From Candidatus Omnitrophota bacterium (GTDB lineage: Bacteria > Omnitrophota > Gorgyraeia > JAFGHF01): a stretch of 64,000 bases of DNA. The number at the start of each line of letters is the position of its first letter. Position 1 is the stretch's first letter. The position numbers were made by a program, and so were the translations under genes. The notes beneath the pieces are model-generated. The model worked only from the letters and a program-made list of their open reading frames with translations. It was not told where the DNA came from and did not search any database. The stretch spans positions 9,828 to 73,827 of the forward strand of contig JAFGHF010000024.1 in NCBI GenBank assembly GCA_016939375.1, read 5' to 3'. Of this stretch, positions 1 to 8,843 are shown in pieces.

Positions 1-192
1 AAGTGTCATGGCCGCCTCAAGCGGCTTATCGGTACAGGCGGAGGCATAATTTTTAAGGGCTCCGGATTTTATGCTACGGATTACCGCAATAAAAAATATC
101 ACGATGACAAACAAAGTGCAGAGAAGGCCTGCGACAAGACATGTCCCAGTTGTCCTTTGGAAAAAGATAAAAAAAGTGGCAATAAAACATAA
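1..192 (+). CDS. C-terminal fragment of an FmdB-family putative zinc-ribbon regulatory protein; the 5' end lies outside the window
   Basis: Frame 1 from position 1 reads ...KRLIGTGGGIIFKGSGFYATDYRNKKY... and stops at TAA 190-192. The GSGFYxTDY tail is the hallmark C-terminus of FmdB zinc-ribbon proteins. The six-frame track does not list it because it has no start codon inside the window. Confidence 0.45.
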   Translation, partial: KCHGRLKRLIGTGGGIIFKGSGFYATDYRNKKYHDDKQSAEKACDKTCPSCPLEKDKKSGNKT

Positions 193-547
193 ATCCACAG
201 ACCAGTTCTTGAAATTTTGGCTACCTGTATATACATACGCAGCCTTGATCTTTGTATTTTCATCGTTTTCTCCCGACCTACAGCCGCCCGTGATATTACA
301 TGCAGATAAGTTGCTTCATCTTATAGAATATGCTATACTAGGATATCTGCTTGCCCGCGCGGCAAAAAACTCGTCCTCTTTGAAGCTAAGCGCGCATTTT
401 CGTGTCTTTGCTGTTTGTGTAGCGATAATCTATGGGATGAGTGACGAGTTCCATCAGTATTTCGTTCCCGGCAGGGGAGTAGAAAGCCTAGATTTAGTGG
501 CCGATGGAGTAGGAGCCTTTATCGGTCAACTTTTTTTGAGAGGATAG
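71..547 (+). CDS. VanZ-like family membrane protein. The start is uncertain: the ORF-track ATG at 71 overlaps the FmdB fragment, and an in-frame TTG at 209 just before the first TM helix is plausible.
   Basis: Small hydrophobic protein with LHLIEYAILGYLLARA, which resembles the VanZ-like family (PF04892). The 5' part overlaps another coding frame. Confidence 0.45.
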   Translation: MLRITAIKNITMTNKVQRRPATRHVPVVLWKKIKKVAIKHKSTDQFLKFWLPVYTYAALIFVFSSFSPDLQPPVILHADKLLHLIEYAILGYLLARAAKNSSSLKLSAHFRVFAVCVAIIYGMSDEFHQYFVPGRGVESLDLVADGVGAFIGQLFLRG

Positions 548-550
548 CCA

Positions 551-1840
551 GTGCCTGATATACGCGCCTTTAAAGGCGTTCTTTATAATCCTCAAAAAAT
601 CAATGACATTGCCAAAGTCATCACCGAGCCCTATGATGTCATAAATCCCGCTCAACAACAAGCCTATTATGAGCTCCATCCCTACAATATAATCAACCTT
701 ATCTTAGGAAAAAAGACCCTCAAAGATAGCGCTAAAAATAACCAATATACAAGGGCTAAAGAATATTTTGCTCAATGGCAAAAAGAAAATGTCTTACTGC
801 GCGACAAAAAGAAAAGCATATACATCTATAGCCAATCTTTTCCCTATGATGGAAAAATAAAAACGCGCACAGGATTTATCGCCTTAATGAAGCTGGAGGA
901 TTTTGCCAAGAATTCGGTCTTGCCGCACGAAAATACCTTCTCTGGACCCGTCCAGGACCGTTTAAGGCTTTTGCAGACAGTAGGCGCCAACTTGAGTCCT
1001 ATTTTTGCTTTGTGCGGCGATCAGAAGGGAAAAATAAACAAATTGTTGAGTGTGCACAAGAGAAAACACAAGCCTTATTTTGTATTTGAAAAGGAAGGTG
1101 TAGTACACCGCTTATGGAAAATGAGCGATAGAAAAAATATCGCTGTGATTAAACGCTTGCTTAAAGACCAGCAGATATTTATTGCTGACGGGCATCATCG
1201 TTATGAAGCGGCCTTGAACTATAAGAAAAACAGGGAAAAAGACAGAAAGATAAAGTGCAATGGCTGCGATTATAATTATGTGATGACTTATTTGGCTACT
1301 ACCACAGACAAGGGGTTGACTATTTTGCCTACCCACCGGGCCTTAAAAATCAAAAGCGGCATAAAGCCCGAAGAAGTTGTTTCCTGTCTGAAAAAATCTT
1401 TGCCTGTCCGCAGCTTTTCTTCCTCGGCAGAATTGTTTGCATATATGCGTAGACAGCCCCCTCTAAAAAGTGTATTTGGCATGTATCTTGAAGGCAAGTT
1501 TTATTGCCTATTATTAAAAAACACCTCTCGAGTGTATCGATTGGTAGATAGTAAAAAGAACAGATTTAGCCAGAGTCTCGACGTAGCTATTTTGCATAAT
1601 TGTATTATACATAAGATCCTTAATATTTCTCCTGCACAGGGAGATATTTTTTATACCCGTGATGCCCAAGAGGCCATCTATTTTGTCGACCAGGATAAAT
1701 ATCAGTTAGCCTTTTTCTTAAGGCCTACTACCGTTAGAGAAGTAAAAAAAGTAGCAAAGGCAGGGGAAAGAATGCCCCATAAGTCCACCTATTTTTACCC
1801 CAAGCTAGTTACGGGATTAGTAGTTAACGCCTTGGATTAA
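551..1840 (+). CDS. DUF1015 family protein
   Basis: 429 aa with the conserved ADGHHRYEAAL motif (the DGHHR signature of DUF1015). Confidence 0.6.
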   Translation: MPDIRAFKGVLYNPQKINDIAKVITEPYDVINPAQQQAYYELHPYNIINLILGKKTLKDSAKNNQYTRAKEYFAQWQKENVLLRDKKKSIYIYSQSFPYDGKIKTRTGFIALMKLEDFAKNSVLPHENTFSGPVQDRLRLLQTVGANLSPIFALCGDQKGKINKLLSVHKRKHKPYFVFEKEGVVHRLWKMSDRKNIAVIKRLLKDQQIFIADGHHRYEAALNYKKNREKDRKIKCNGCDYNYVMTYLATTTDKGLTILPTHRALKIKSGIKPEEVVSCLKKSLPVRSFSSSAELFAYMRRQPPLKSVFGMYLEGKFYCLLLKNTSRVYRLVDSKKNRFSQSLDVAILHNCIIHKILNISPAQGDIFYTRDAQEAIYFVDQDKYQLAFFLRPTTVREVKKVAKAGERMPHKSTYFYPKLVTGLVVNALD

Positions 1841-1855
1841 GAGGTAGAGACGGTT

Positions 1856-2704
1856 ATGCCACTGTTTCGCAAACCTAAATATACGCTGGTCAATTTAGCC
1901 AAAAAGAAAGATATTCCCCATGGATTGTGGACCAGGTGCCCTGATTGCGGAGAGCTTATTTATAACAAAGCGTTAAAAGAAAGCTTCAGGGTATGTCAGA
2001 AGTGCAACTACCATTTTACGCTTAGCTCTCACGAGCGCATATCCTTACTTTTGGATAAGGGCAGCTTTAAGGAGCTGGAGGCAAAGATAAAACCGTGCGA
2101 CCCGCTTAATTTTCAAGGCCCGAAAAGTTATAAAAAGAAGTTAGAAGAAGAGAAGAAGAAGACAAGCTTAAATGATGCCTGTGTTGTGGGACAGGGTCGT
2201 ATCAATGATAAAAAAATAGCCATTGGTGTTACGGATTCGCGGTTTATGATGGGTTCGATGGGTTCAGTGGTGGGAGAGAAATTGACCCGAATTATAGAAC
2301 TGGCCACGAGCTCAAAGCAGCCCTTGATAATTATATCTGGTTCCGGAGGTGGCGCAAGAATGCAGGAAGGTATGCTTTCTCTTATGCAGATGGCCAAGAC
2401 TTCCACAGCTCTTTCCCGCCACCATGAAAAGGGCCTTTTATTTATTTCCGTGCTTACCAATCCTACTATGGCCGGTGTGCTGGCCAGTTTTGCCAGTTTG
2501 GGAGACGTGATCATGGCCGAACCCAAGGCATTGATCGGTTTTACCGGGCCTCGGGTGATAGAGCAGACCATCAGGCAGACTTTGCCTGATGGATTCCAGA
2601 GTTCGGAATTCTTGCTCGAACACGGTTTGATCGATATGATTGTCGCCAGAAAAGATTTAAAAGGGACCTTGTCCCGGATATTGGAATATTTAACCTCGAA
2701 CTAA
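1856..2704 (+). CDS. accD: Acetyl-CoA carboxylase carboxyltransferase beta subunit
   Basis: N-terminal C4 zinc finger (CPDCGELIY...CQKCNYHF) followed by the carboxyltransferase domain (GSGGGARMQEG). Length 282 aa is typical for AccD. Confidence 0.85.
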   Translation: MPLFRKPKYTLVNLAKKKDIPHGLWTRCPDCGELIYNKALKESFRVCQKCNYHFTLSSHERISLLLDKGSFKELEAKIKPCDPLNFQGPKSYKKKLEEEKKKTSLNDACVVGQGRINDKKIAIGVTDSRFMMGSMGSVVGEKLTRIIELATSSKQPLIIISGSGGGARMQEGMLSLMQMAKTSTALSRHHEKGLLFISVLTNPTMAGVLASFASLGDVIMAEPKALIGFTGPRVIEQTIRQTLPDGFQSSEFLLEHGLIDMIVARKDLKGTLSRILEYLTSN

Positions 2705-2721
2705 AATTAAATGGGGGTATA

Positions 2722-3831
2722 ATGGCAAGAGTAAGTCTGAGAAATGTAAGTAAGATATTCCCGCCGGATGTGATGGCGGTCAAGGATGTGAATCTGGGAA
2801 TAGAAAACAAGGAATTTTTAGTTATGGTCGGTCCTTCGGGCTGCGGGAAATCGACCACCTTACGCATGATCGCTGGTCTAGAGAAAGCCAGTAAAGGGGA
2901 GATTTACATAGGCGACAAACAAGTCAATGATGTCCCGGCCAAAGACAGAAATATCGCCATGGTTTTTCAGAACTATGCCCTTTATCCGCACATGACGGTA
3001 TATGAAAACATGGCTTTCGGGCTTAAGTTGCGGAAGTATCCTAAAAACGAGATAGACAAACGCGTAAGCGAAGCCGCCCTTATCTTAGGCATTGACCGCT
3101 ATCTTGAGCGAAAACCGCGCGAACTTTCCGGAGGCCAAAGACAGAGGGTAGCGGTGGGCAGGGCTATTGTGCGTAAGCCCTTGGCCTTTCTTTTTGATGA
3201 GCCTTTAAGCAACTTAGATGCTAAGTTTCGCGTACAGATGAGGACAGAACTGAGCAAGCTGCACATCAGATTGCAGGCGACGATGATTTATGTCACCCAT
3301 GACCAGATAGAAGCGATGACTATGGGTGACCGCATTGTGGTGATGAAAGACGGAGTAGTCCAGCAGATCGCCGACCCGACCACCCTTTATGACAAGCCAG
3401 TAAACAAATTTGTGGCTGGATTCATAGGTTCTCCGCCGATGAACTTTATAGAGGGAATAGTCAAGAAGATAAACGGCAGTTTCTATTTTGACGAAGGCAG
3501 CTTCAAGGTAAAGTTAGTCGATGAGATGTCCGATACCATCAGCTCCTACGATGGCAAAGAAATCATCTTCGGCATCAGGCCAGAAGACATTTATGATAAA
3601 TTATTTGTTCAAGAGGCTCCACCCGAGAACTGTGTCATCGCCACCTGTGAGATAATCGAGCCTTTGGGAGCGGAGGTATATTTACATTTAACCTCACCCA
3701 GCAGAAAACACACATTTATCGCTAAGGTAGGCGGACATGACAAACCAGGCATAAATCAAGATCTCAACCTTGTCTTTGATATGAGCAAGGTTCACTTTTT
3801 CGACAAAGAGAGCGAGAAAGTAATCATTTAG
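2722..3831 (+). CDS. Sugar ABC transporter ATP-binding protein, MalK/UgpC/MsmK type; no cognate permease genes nearby
   Basis: Walker A GPSGCGKST, Q-loop, signature LSGGQRQRVA, Walker B LFDEPLSNLD and a C-terminal TOBE-like regulatory domain. At 369 aa it is typical of MalK-type ATPases. Confidence 0.8.
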   Translation: MARVSLRNVSKIFPPDVMAVKDVNLGIENKEFLVMVGPSGCGKSTTLRMIAGLEKASKGEIYIGDKQVNDVPAKDRNIAMVFQNYALYPHMTVYENMAFGLKLRKYPKNEIDKRVSEAALILGIDRYLERKPRELSGGQRQRVAVGRAIVRKPLAFLFDEPLSNLDAKFRVQMRTELSKLHIRLQATMIYVTHDQIEAMTMGDRIVVMKDGVVQQIADPTTLYDKPVNKFVAGFIGSPPMNFIEGIVKKINGSFYFDEGSFKVKLVDEMSDTISSYDGKEIIFGIRPEDIYDKLFVQEAPPENCVIATCEIIEPLGAEVYLHLTSPSRKHTFIAKVGGHDKPGINQDLNLVFDMSKVHFFDKESEKVII

Positions 3832-3864
3832 CCCAGTCTGAATTTAGAGTAGCGTGATTTTAGC

Positions 3865-5268
3865 GTGAACAGATCTTTACGTTGCCTATTAACCGGAGTT
3901 TTATTTCTTAGCTGTGCTTTTCTATTAGTCTACCCTTTTAGTTGGTCCCTGCCTTTATCTTCCGCTTTGTTGCTTCTTTTGAATGTTGCTGTTGTCCTGG
4001 CAATGACCTGTTTTTGTATAAGAGGCGTATTGGTCTTTGGCCTAGCTGCTTTTGTGACTATTCTCTGGCATAGCCTACATCTTTCCGGATCCTTTATTCT
4101 CCCCCTGGCTTTGCTGTCAATAATTACGCTTGCATGTTATTTCAACTGCCTACACACAGAGCGCCTAACTCAAAAAGCCAAAGTCGAACTAGGTAATCTG
4201 GAAGAAGAAAACAATATTTTGACCGTGGAACTACACCACGCCTGTTTAGAAAATAACAACCTGAAGCAAAAACTGCAGAGATACATCACCTTAAAAGATC
4301 TGACCGATACCTTAAGCTCCACTCTTTCGTTGGAAAAAGCCACATCCTTGATCAGCTCAGAGACGTTCAATGTTATAGGTAAATCAGAGGCTTGCCTCCT
4401 CTATTTAGTTGACCAGGATAGACAAAGATTATATTTGGCTAGCACCAAAAGGCAAGAGGACCGGCTCGAAATCAAGGCCAAGGAAGGGGACGTATTTGAT
4501 AACTGGGTGTTTAAACAGCGCACTCGCTTGATGGTAAAAGATATAAAAAAGGACTTTAGGTTTAGCGCCCAAGAAGTTAAAAAAGAGGAAGCCAGGGGAG
4601 TGCAGTCTTTAATCTCCGCGCCTTTGGTCGTAGGCAACAAAGTTTTGGGAATTTTGCGGTTAGACAGTAAACATCCCGAGCTATACGATACCGATGACCT
4701 ACGAATTCTAGATATCATGTCGGATTTAGCAGCGGTGGCGATCCAGACTACGATGTTTTATCAAAAGACACAGAAACTAGCGATCACCGATGGCCTGACC
4801 GGGACTTTTGTGCACAGGCATTTTCAAGAGCGTTTTGAACAGGAGATATCCCGAACGCTATGGACGAACTCTCAATTCGCTTTCTTGATGATAGACATCG
4901 ACAATTTCAAGAGTTATAACGATAAATATGGACATATAGCCGGAGATATTGTGCTCAAACAGATCGCTGGGTTGATCAAGTCAGGCGTAAATCCGGGGGA
5001 TATAGTAGCCCGGTATGGAGGAGAAGAATTTGGGGTGCTTTTAGTGGATACTCCTCAATACGAAGCGATAAAGATAGCGGAGCGCATCAAAGAAAAGATA
5101 GAAAAAGAGAAATTTGTCCTGCGCCGGGAAGCGACTAAAGTCACTATTTCCGCAGGGATTGCTTTTTTCCCTAAGGATGCCAGAAAAAGAGAGGATTTGA
5201 TCAGAAGGGCAGATATGGCTCTTTATAAGGCTAAGGCCGAAGGAAAAAATAGAATATGTATCTCTTAA
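3865..5268 (+). CDS. Membrane-anchored GAF-GGDEF diguanylate cyclase
   Basis: N-terminal TM helices, a coiled-coil, a GAF-like region and a GGDEF domain with the active GGEEF motif. The RxxD I-site appears degenerate (NPGD). Confidence 0.8.
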   Translation: MNRSLRCLLTGVLFLSCAFLLVYPFSWSLPLSSALLLLLNVAVVLAMTCFCIRGVLVFGLAAFVTILWHSLHLSGSFILPLALLSIITLACYFNCLHTERLTQKAKVELGNLEEENNILTVELHHACLENNNLKQKLQRYITLKDLTDTLSSTLSLEKATSLISSETFNVIGKSEACLLYLVDQDRQRLYLASTKRQEDRLEIKAKEGDVFDNWVFKQRTRLMVKDIKKDFRFSAQEVKKEEARGVQSLISAPLVVGNKVLGILRLDSKHPELYDTDDLRILDIMSDLAAVAIQTTMFYQKTQKLAITDGLTGTFVHRHFQERFEQEISRTLWTNSQFAFLMIDIDNFKSYNDKYGHIAGDIVLKQIAGLIKSGVNPGDIVARYGGEEFGVLLVDTPQYEAIKIAERIKEKIEKEKFVLRREATKVTISAGIAFFPKDARKREDLIRRADMALYKAKAEGKNRICIS

Positions 5269-6548
5269 GCTTTCTTATCATACCCATTATTCTAGTGAGC
5301 TTATTCTGCCAGCTCAAATTTGCCTATATTATTGCTTTGCTTTGCAGTGTAGCAGCTGCTCTTTTCATATATGCTCAAGAGAGCCTGGTCAATGTTTTAT
5401 TGACCATTGCCATTTTCAACCTTACGCCTCTTGTCAGTATATATGTGTCCCGGCGTGTGCGCGAATATAAAAAGTCTCTTGAGGCTAAAAAAGAAAAGGT
5501 ACAGGCTACGTTTGAGAAAATAAAACAAGAAAACTTGGTAATGCGCCAGTCTAACGCCCGCTTAAACGAAGAAGCTTTTCGCATTTCAGAATTATATAAG
5601 ATAACACGTGATATGTCTTCAGTGCTAGATATGAGAGAGACCTTTACTATTTTTGTTAAGAAAATCAAGGAGCTGTTTCGGTTCAGAAGGTGCTTTTTAG
5701 TCTTAGTAAACGAAGATGCTCAGGGGCTCGAGGTAGACAGGGTCTTTGAGATGCAATACACGCAATCACAAGCAAACCCTATCGATATTTCCGACTCTGA
5801 TTACCAGTTATTAAAGCACAGCTTAGGGCGCCACAGGACTTCTTACTTGGAAGCCGAGGATTTGCCTAAATCTATGCGTAGCTCCCACGAAGTAGAATCA
5901 ATGATTTTGGTGACTATTATGGCTGAGGGCAAATTTTTAGGAACCTTGGCCGTAGAAAACTTGCCTTGTAATGAACTAGAGAGCTTTTCCCTGCTCGCCA
6001 GTCAGTTTTCCCTGGTGATGAAAAGGGTGAGGCTTTATGAAAAGATCCAAAAACTGGCCATTAATGACGGTTTGACCGGTCTTTTTGTGCGTAGATATTT
6101 TATGGAGAGGTTATATGAGGAAATTCAGAGGAGTTCCCGTCGCAATCTATCTTTAAGTTTTTTGATGATTGATATAGACCATTTCAAAAAATGCAACGAT
6201 ACCTACGGCCATCTGACCGGAGACGCGGTTTTAAAAGAAGTAGCCAGAATAATCAAAGAAAATGTACGTGAGATAGATTTAATAGCGAGATTCGGAGGAG
6301 AGGAATTCTCAATACTCCTGCCCAATACCGATAAAGATGGCGCAGCCTATGTGGCAGAAAGGATTCGCTCTAGCATTGATAGACATAAATTCCGCGCATA
6401 TGATGAAATGCTGAAAATCGAGGTAAGCATCGGAGTGGCCAGCTTTCCCGTTGATTCCAGAACTCCCCAAAGCCTGATCGATAATTCTGACCAAGCCCTC
6501 TATCGCGCTAAAAAAGAAGGCCGCAATAGAGTCTGTACTAAGCATTAA
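5256..6548 (+). CDS. Membrane-anchored GAF-GGDEF diguanylate cyclase, tandem paralog of the preceding gene
   Basis: Two N-terminal TM helices, a coiled-coil, GAF and GGDEF with GGEEF and an intact RxxD I-site (REID). Its start overlaps the previous gene. Confidence 0.8.
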   Translation: MYLLSFLIIPIILVSLFCQLKFAYIIALLCSVAAALFIYAQESLVNVLLTIAIFNLTPLVSIYVSRRVREYKKSLEAKKEKVQATFEKIKQENLVMRQSNARLNEEAFRISELYKITRDMSSVLDMRETFTIFVKKIKELFRFRRCFLVLVNEDAQGLEVDRVFEMQYTQSQANPIDISDSDYQLLKHSLGRHRTSYLEAEDLPKSMRSSHEVESMILVTIMAEGKFLGTLAVENLPCNELESFSLLASQFSLVMKRVRLYEKIQKLAINDGLTGLFVRRYFMERLYEEIQRSSRRNLSLSFLMIDIDHFKKCNDTYGHLTGDAVLKEVARIIKENVREIDLIARFGGEEFSILLPNTDKDGAAYVAERIRSSIDRHKFRAYDEMLKIEVSIGVASFPVDSRTPQSLIDNSDQALYRAKKEGRNRVCTKH

Positions 6549-6565
6549 TTGTTTTATAAAATTGG

Positions 6566-6594
6566 TTGAAATTTCACCTATTTTACGATAACAT
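6566..6594 (+). promoter_or_regulatory. Candidate sigma70-type promoter for the lptD-like gene
   Basis: TTGAAA (6566-6571), a 17-nt spacer, then TAACAT (6589-6594), located about 80 nt upstream of the TTG start at 6676. Confidence 0.3.
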
Positions 6595-6675
6595 ATGGGG
6601 TTATATAAACCTAATCAGGATTTTTCTGTAATTCAATATAGCCTATAAATATGGGATAGTTAAGGAGAGGGTGTT

Positions 6676-8817
6676 TTGCGATTCAAGACAATCATATGCC
6701 TGGGCATCTTTGTCTTTTTTGTTTCTTTAACGGCTTGGGCGGCAGATGAAAAAATACCGATAATATGCCACGGAGATAAGGTAGAGTTCCTGGAGGCAGA
6801 GCAAAAGATGCGTGCTTCCGGTAATGTAGAAGTCTTATATGAAGATATCAAAATAACCTGCGATAAAGCCAATATCAACCTGAAGACTAAAGACGGAATC
6901 GCTGAAGGGGATATCACCTTATACCAAAAAGATTCCATCTTAACCGGCGAGAGGGTCGAATATAACTTTGACTCACAGACGGGAATAATGTATAGGGCCG
7001 GATTTGCTTCCCAGAGGATATACGGCAAGGGGCCGCAGGTGATAAAAGAGAGCCCCACAGATATGAGCATGAATGACAGCTATATGACTACCTGCGATTT
7101 AGCCCATCCCCATTACCGCATCGAATCAAAGACAGTAAAAATATACCTTGAAGACAAAATCGTGATGAAGCATGTGATCATCTATGTTTTTGATATACCC
7201 ACGATTTATCTGCCCTACTACAGCTATTCTTTGAAAGAACCTAAGCGCCCCAAGGTTAGCGTTTATCCCGGCAAAGACAGCGATTGGGGATATTATTTAC
7301 TGACTAACTGGCGTTACGAATTCAGCCGTTACCTCAAGGGCATTCTACACCTAGATTACCGCGAAAGAAGAGATTTTGCCAGCGGGTTTGATAACTATTA
7401 TGATCTACGCAAATACGGGCAAGGTTTTGTGAAGACGTATTATATGAATGAGCGCAAGCTTGAGGGCGGAAACCGTCTTTGGGATGAAGACGCCTTCACT
7501 CACGAACGCGAAAGATACATGATCCACAATCGCCATAGCTGGGACATTGACCAGTATACTGACCTGAGGATGGAATATTGGAATTTGAGCGATACCCAGT
7601 TTTTAAAAGATTATATGCTGAAGACCGAATATGAAAGAGAACCCCAGCCAGAATCATATATTTCTGTCATCCGCAGTAAATCCGATTACACCCTCAGCTT
7701 TTTAGGTAAAAGGAGGTTCAATAAAATATTTACCCGCACAGAATATCAACCAGAGGTGGAACTTTCTGTCCCCGGATTGCGGATAAAAGATTCCCAGTAT
7801 TATTGGAAGACAGATACTTCTTTTGCCAACATAAGCAGAAAGCTCGCTCACCCCAGCAATATCGACGACGATACCGTTAGATTTGATACTTACAATGAGT
7901 TTAAACGTATTTCCAAGGTAGGCTTTTTGCATATTACCCCTTATGTTGGCAGCAGAGAGACTTATTACAGCAAGGATAGATATGGTGACCGTGACTGGTG
8001 GCGCACGGCGTTTCATACCGGAGTGGATGTAGAGACCAAGTTCTTCAAGATATTTAATGTAAGCACTGACAAATGGGGCATGGACATCAACAATTTAAGG
8101 CACGTAATCACCCCCCGCGTAAGATACAGCTATATCCATACACCCACTATCCTCCCGGAAAAACTTTTTCATTTCGACAGCGTGGATTCGTTGAATAGAC
8201 TCAACCGCTATAATTTTTCTCTAGAGAATAAACTACAGACCAAAAGAAAGGTCGCCGGCGAAGGATATGAATCTGTAGACCTAGCCCGTCTTTTGATCAG
8301 CACATTTTACGATTATCGCCGGCCGGGAGGTAGCAGGTTTGGAAATGTAAATTTTGATTTTGAGTTTACCCCTTTCAATTGGCTGACGTTAGAATTTGAT
8401 ACCGCTTATGATCACCGGGCAGACAGGTTTCAAACATTTAATCTCGATCTTTACATGGACCAACATGATAAATGGAGAACTGGTTTGGGTTATCGCTATG
8501 CCCATGAAAATCACGCCGAACTTGCTTTTGAACTATCGTTTAAACCAAATCCGCTATGGAAATTAGGGACCTACCAGAGGTTTATGTTTAAAGGCTACCC
8601 CAACCGTCGGAAGAAAATCAACAGTCTGCTGGTACAAGAATATAGGTTAGTACGCGATCTGCATTGTTGGACATCAGAGATCCTTTATACTATTTCCCGA
8701 GGACAGGGGGAAAGCATATATTTTATTTTTCGTTTGAAAGGTTTCGAGCAGATGCCTTTGGAATTTGGCACAAGCTATCACAGGCCAAAACCGGGTTCGC
8801 AGAACCCTATACGTTAG
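6676..8817 (+). CDS. lptD: LPS-assembly outer-membrane protein LptD (OstA family)
   Basis: Signal peptide, then an OstA-like N-terminal beta-jellyroll (HGDKVEFLEAEQKMRASGNVEV...ITCDKANINLKT) and a long C-terminal beta-barrel-type region rich in aromatic/Gly alternation. Likely TTG start with an AAGGAGAGG RBS. Confidence 0.7.
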   Translation: MRFKTIICLGIFVFFVSLTAWAADEKIPIICHGDKVEFLEAEQKMRASGNVEVLYEDIKITCDKANINLKTKDGIAEGDITLYQKDSILTGERVEYNFDSQTGIMYRAGFASQRIYGKGPQVIKESPTDMSMNDSYMTTCDLAHPHYRIESKTVKIYLEDKIVMKHVIIYVFDIPTIYLPYYSYSLKEPKRPKVSVYPGKDSDWGYYLLTNWRYEFSRYLKGILHLDYRERRDFASGFDNYYDLRKYGQGFVKTYYMNERKLEGGNRLWDEDAFTHERERYMIHNRHSWDIDQYTDLRMEYWNLSDTQFLKDYMLKTEYEREPQPESYISVIRSKSDYTLSFLGKRRFNKIFTRTEYQPEVELSVPGLRIKDSQYYWKTDTSFANISRKLAHPSNIDDDTVRFDTYNEFKRISKVGFLHITPYVGSRETYYSKDRYGDRDWWRTAFHTGVDVETKFFKIFNVSTDKWGMDINNLRHVITPRVRYSYIHTPTILPEKLFHFDSVDSLNRLNRYNFSLENKLQTKRKVAGEGYESVDLARLLISTFYDYRRPGGSRFGNVNFDFEFTPFNWLTLEFDTAYDHRADRFQTFNLDLYMDQHDKWRTGLGYRYAHENHAELAFELSFKPNPLWKLGTYQRFMFKGYPNRRKKINSLLVQEYRLVRDLHCWTSEILYTISRGQGESIYFIFRLKGFEQMPLEFGTSYHRPKPGSQNPIR

Positions 8818-8843
8818 TCATAAAAATCTAAAAGGAGAGCAAA

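Noticed and set aside
2128..2867. Antisense ORFs (147, 61 and 98 aa) opposite accD and the ABC ATPase start
   Set aside because: Shadow ORFs inside well-supported + strand genes. They have low-complexity, Pro/Ser-rich translations and no start context. The same reasoning applies to all other minus-strand ORFs in the track; none has recognisable domains, and the whole window is otherwise + strand coding.
6549..6675. Possible small RNA, riboswitch or tRNA in the 127-nt gap upstream of lptD
   Set aside because: No tRNA-like cloverleaf elements (no GTTC-type T-loop, no acceptor complementarity) and no recognisable riboswitch consensus. It is better explained as a promoter/5'-UTR region.
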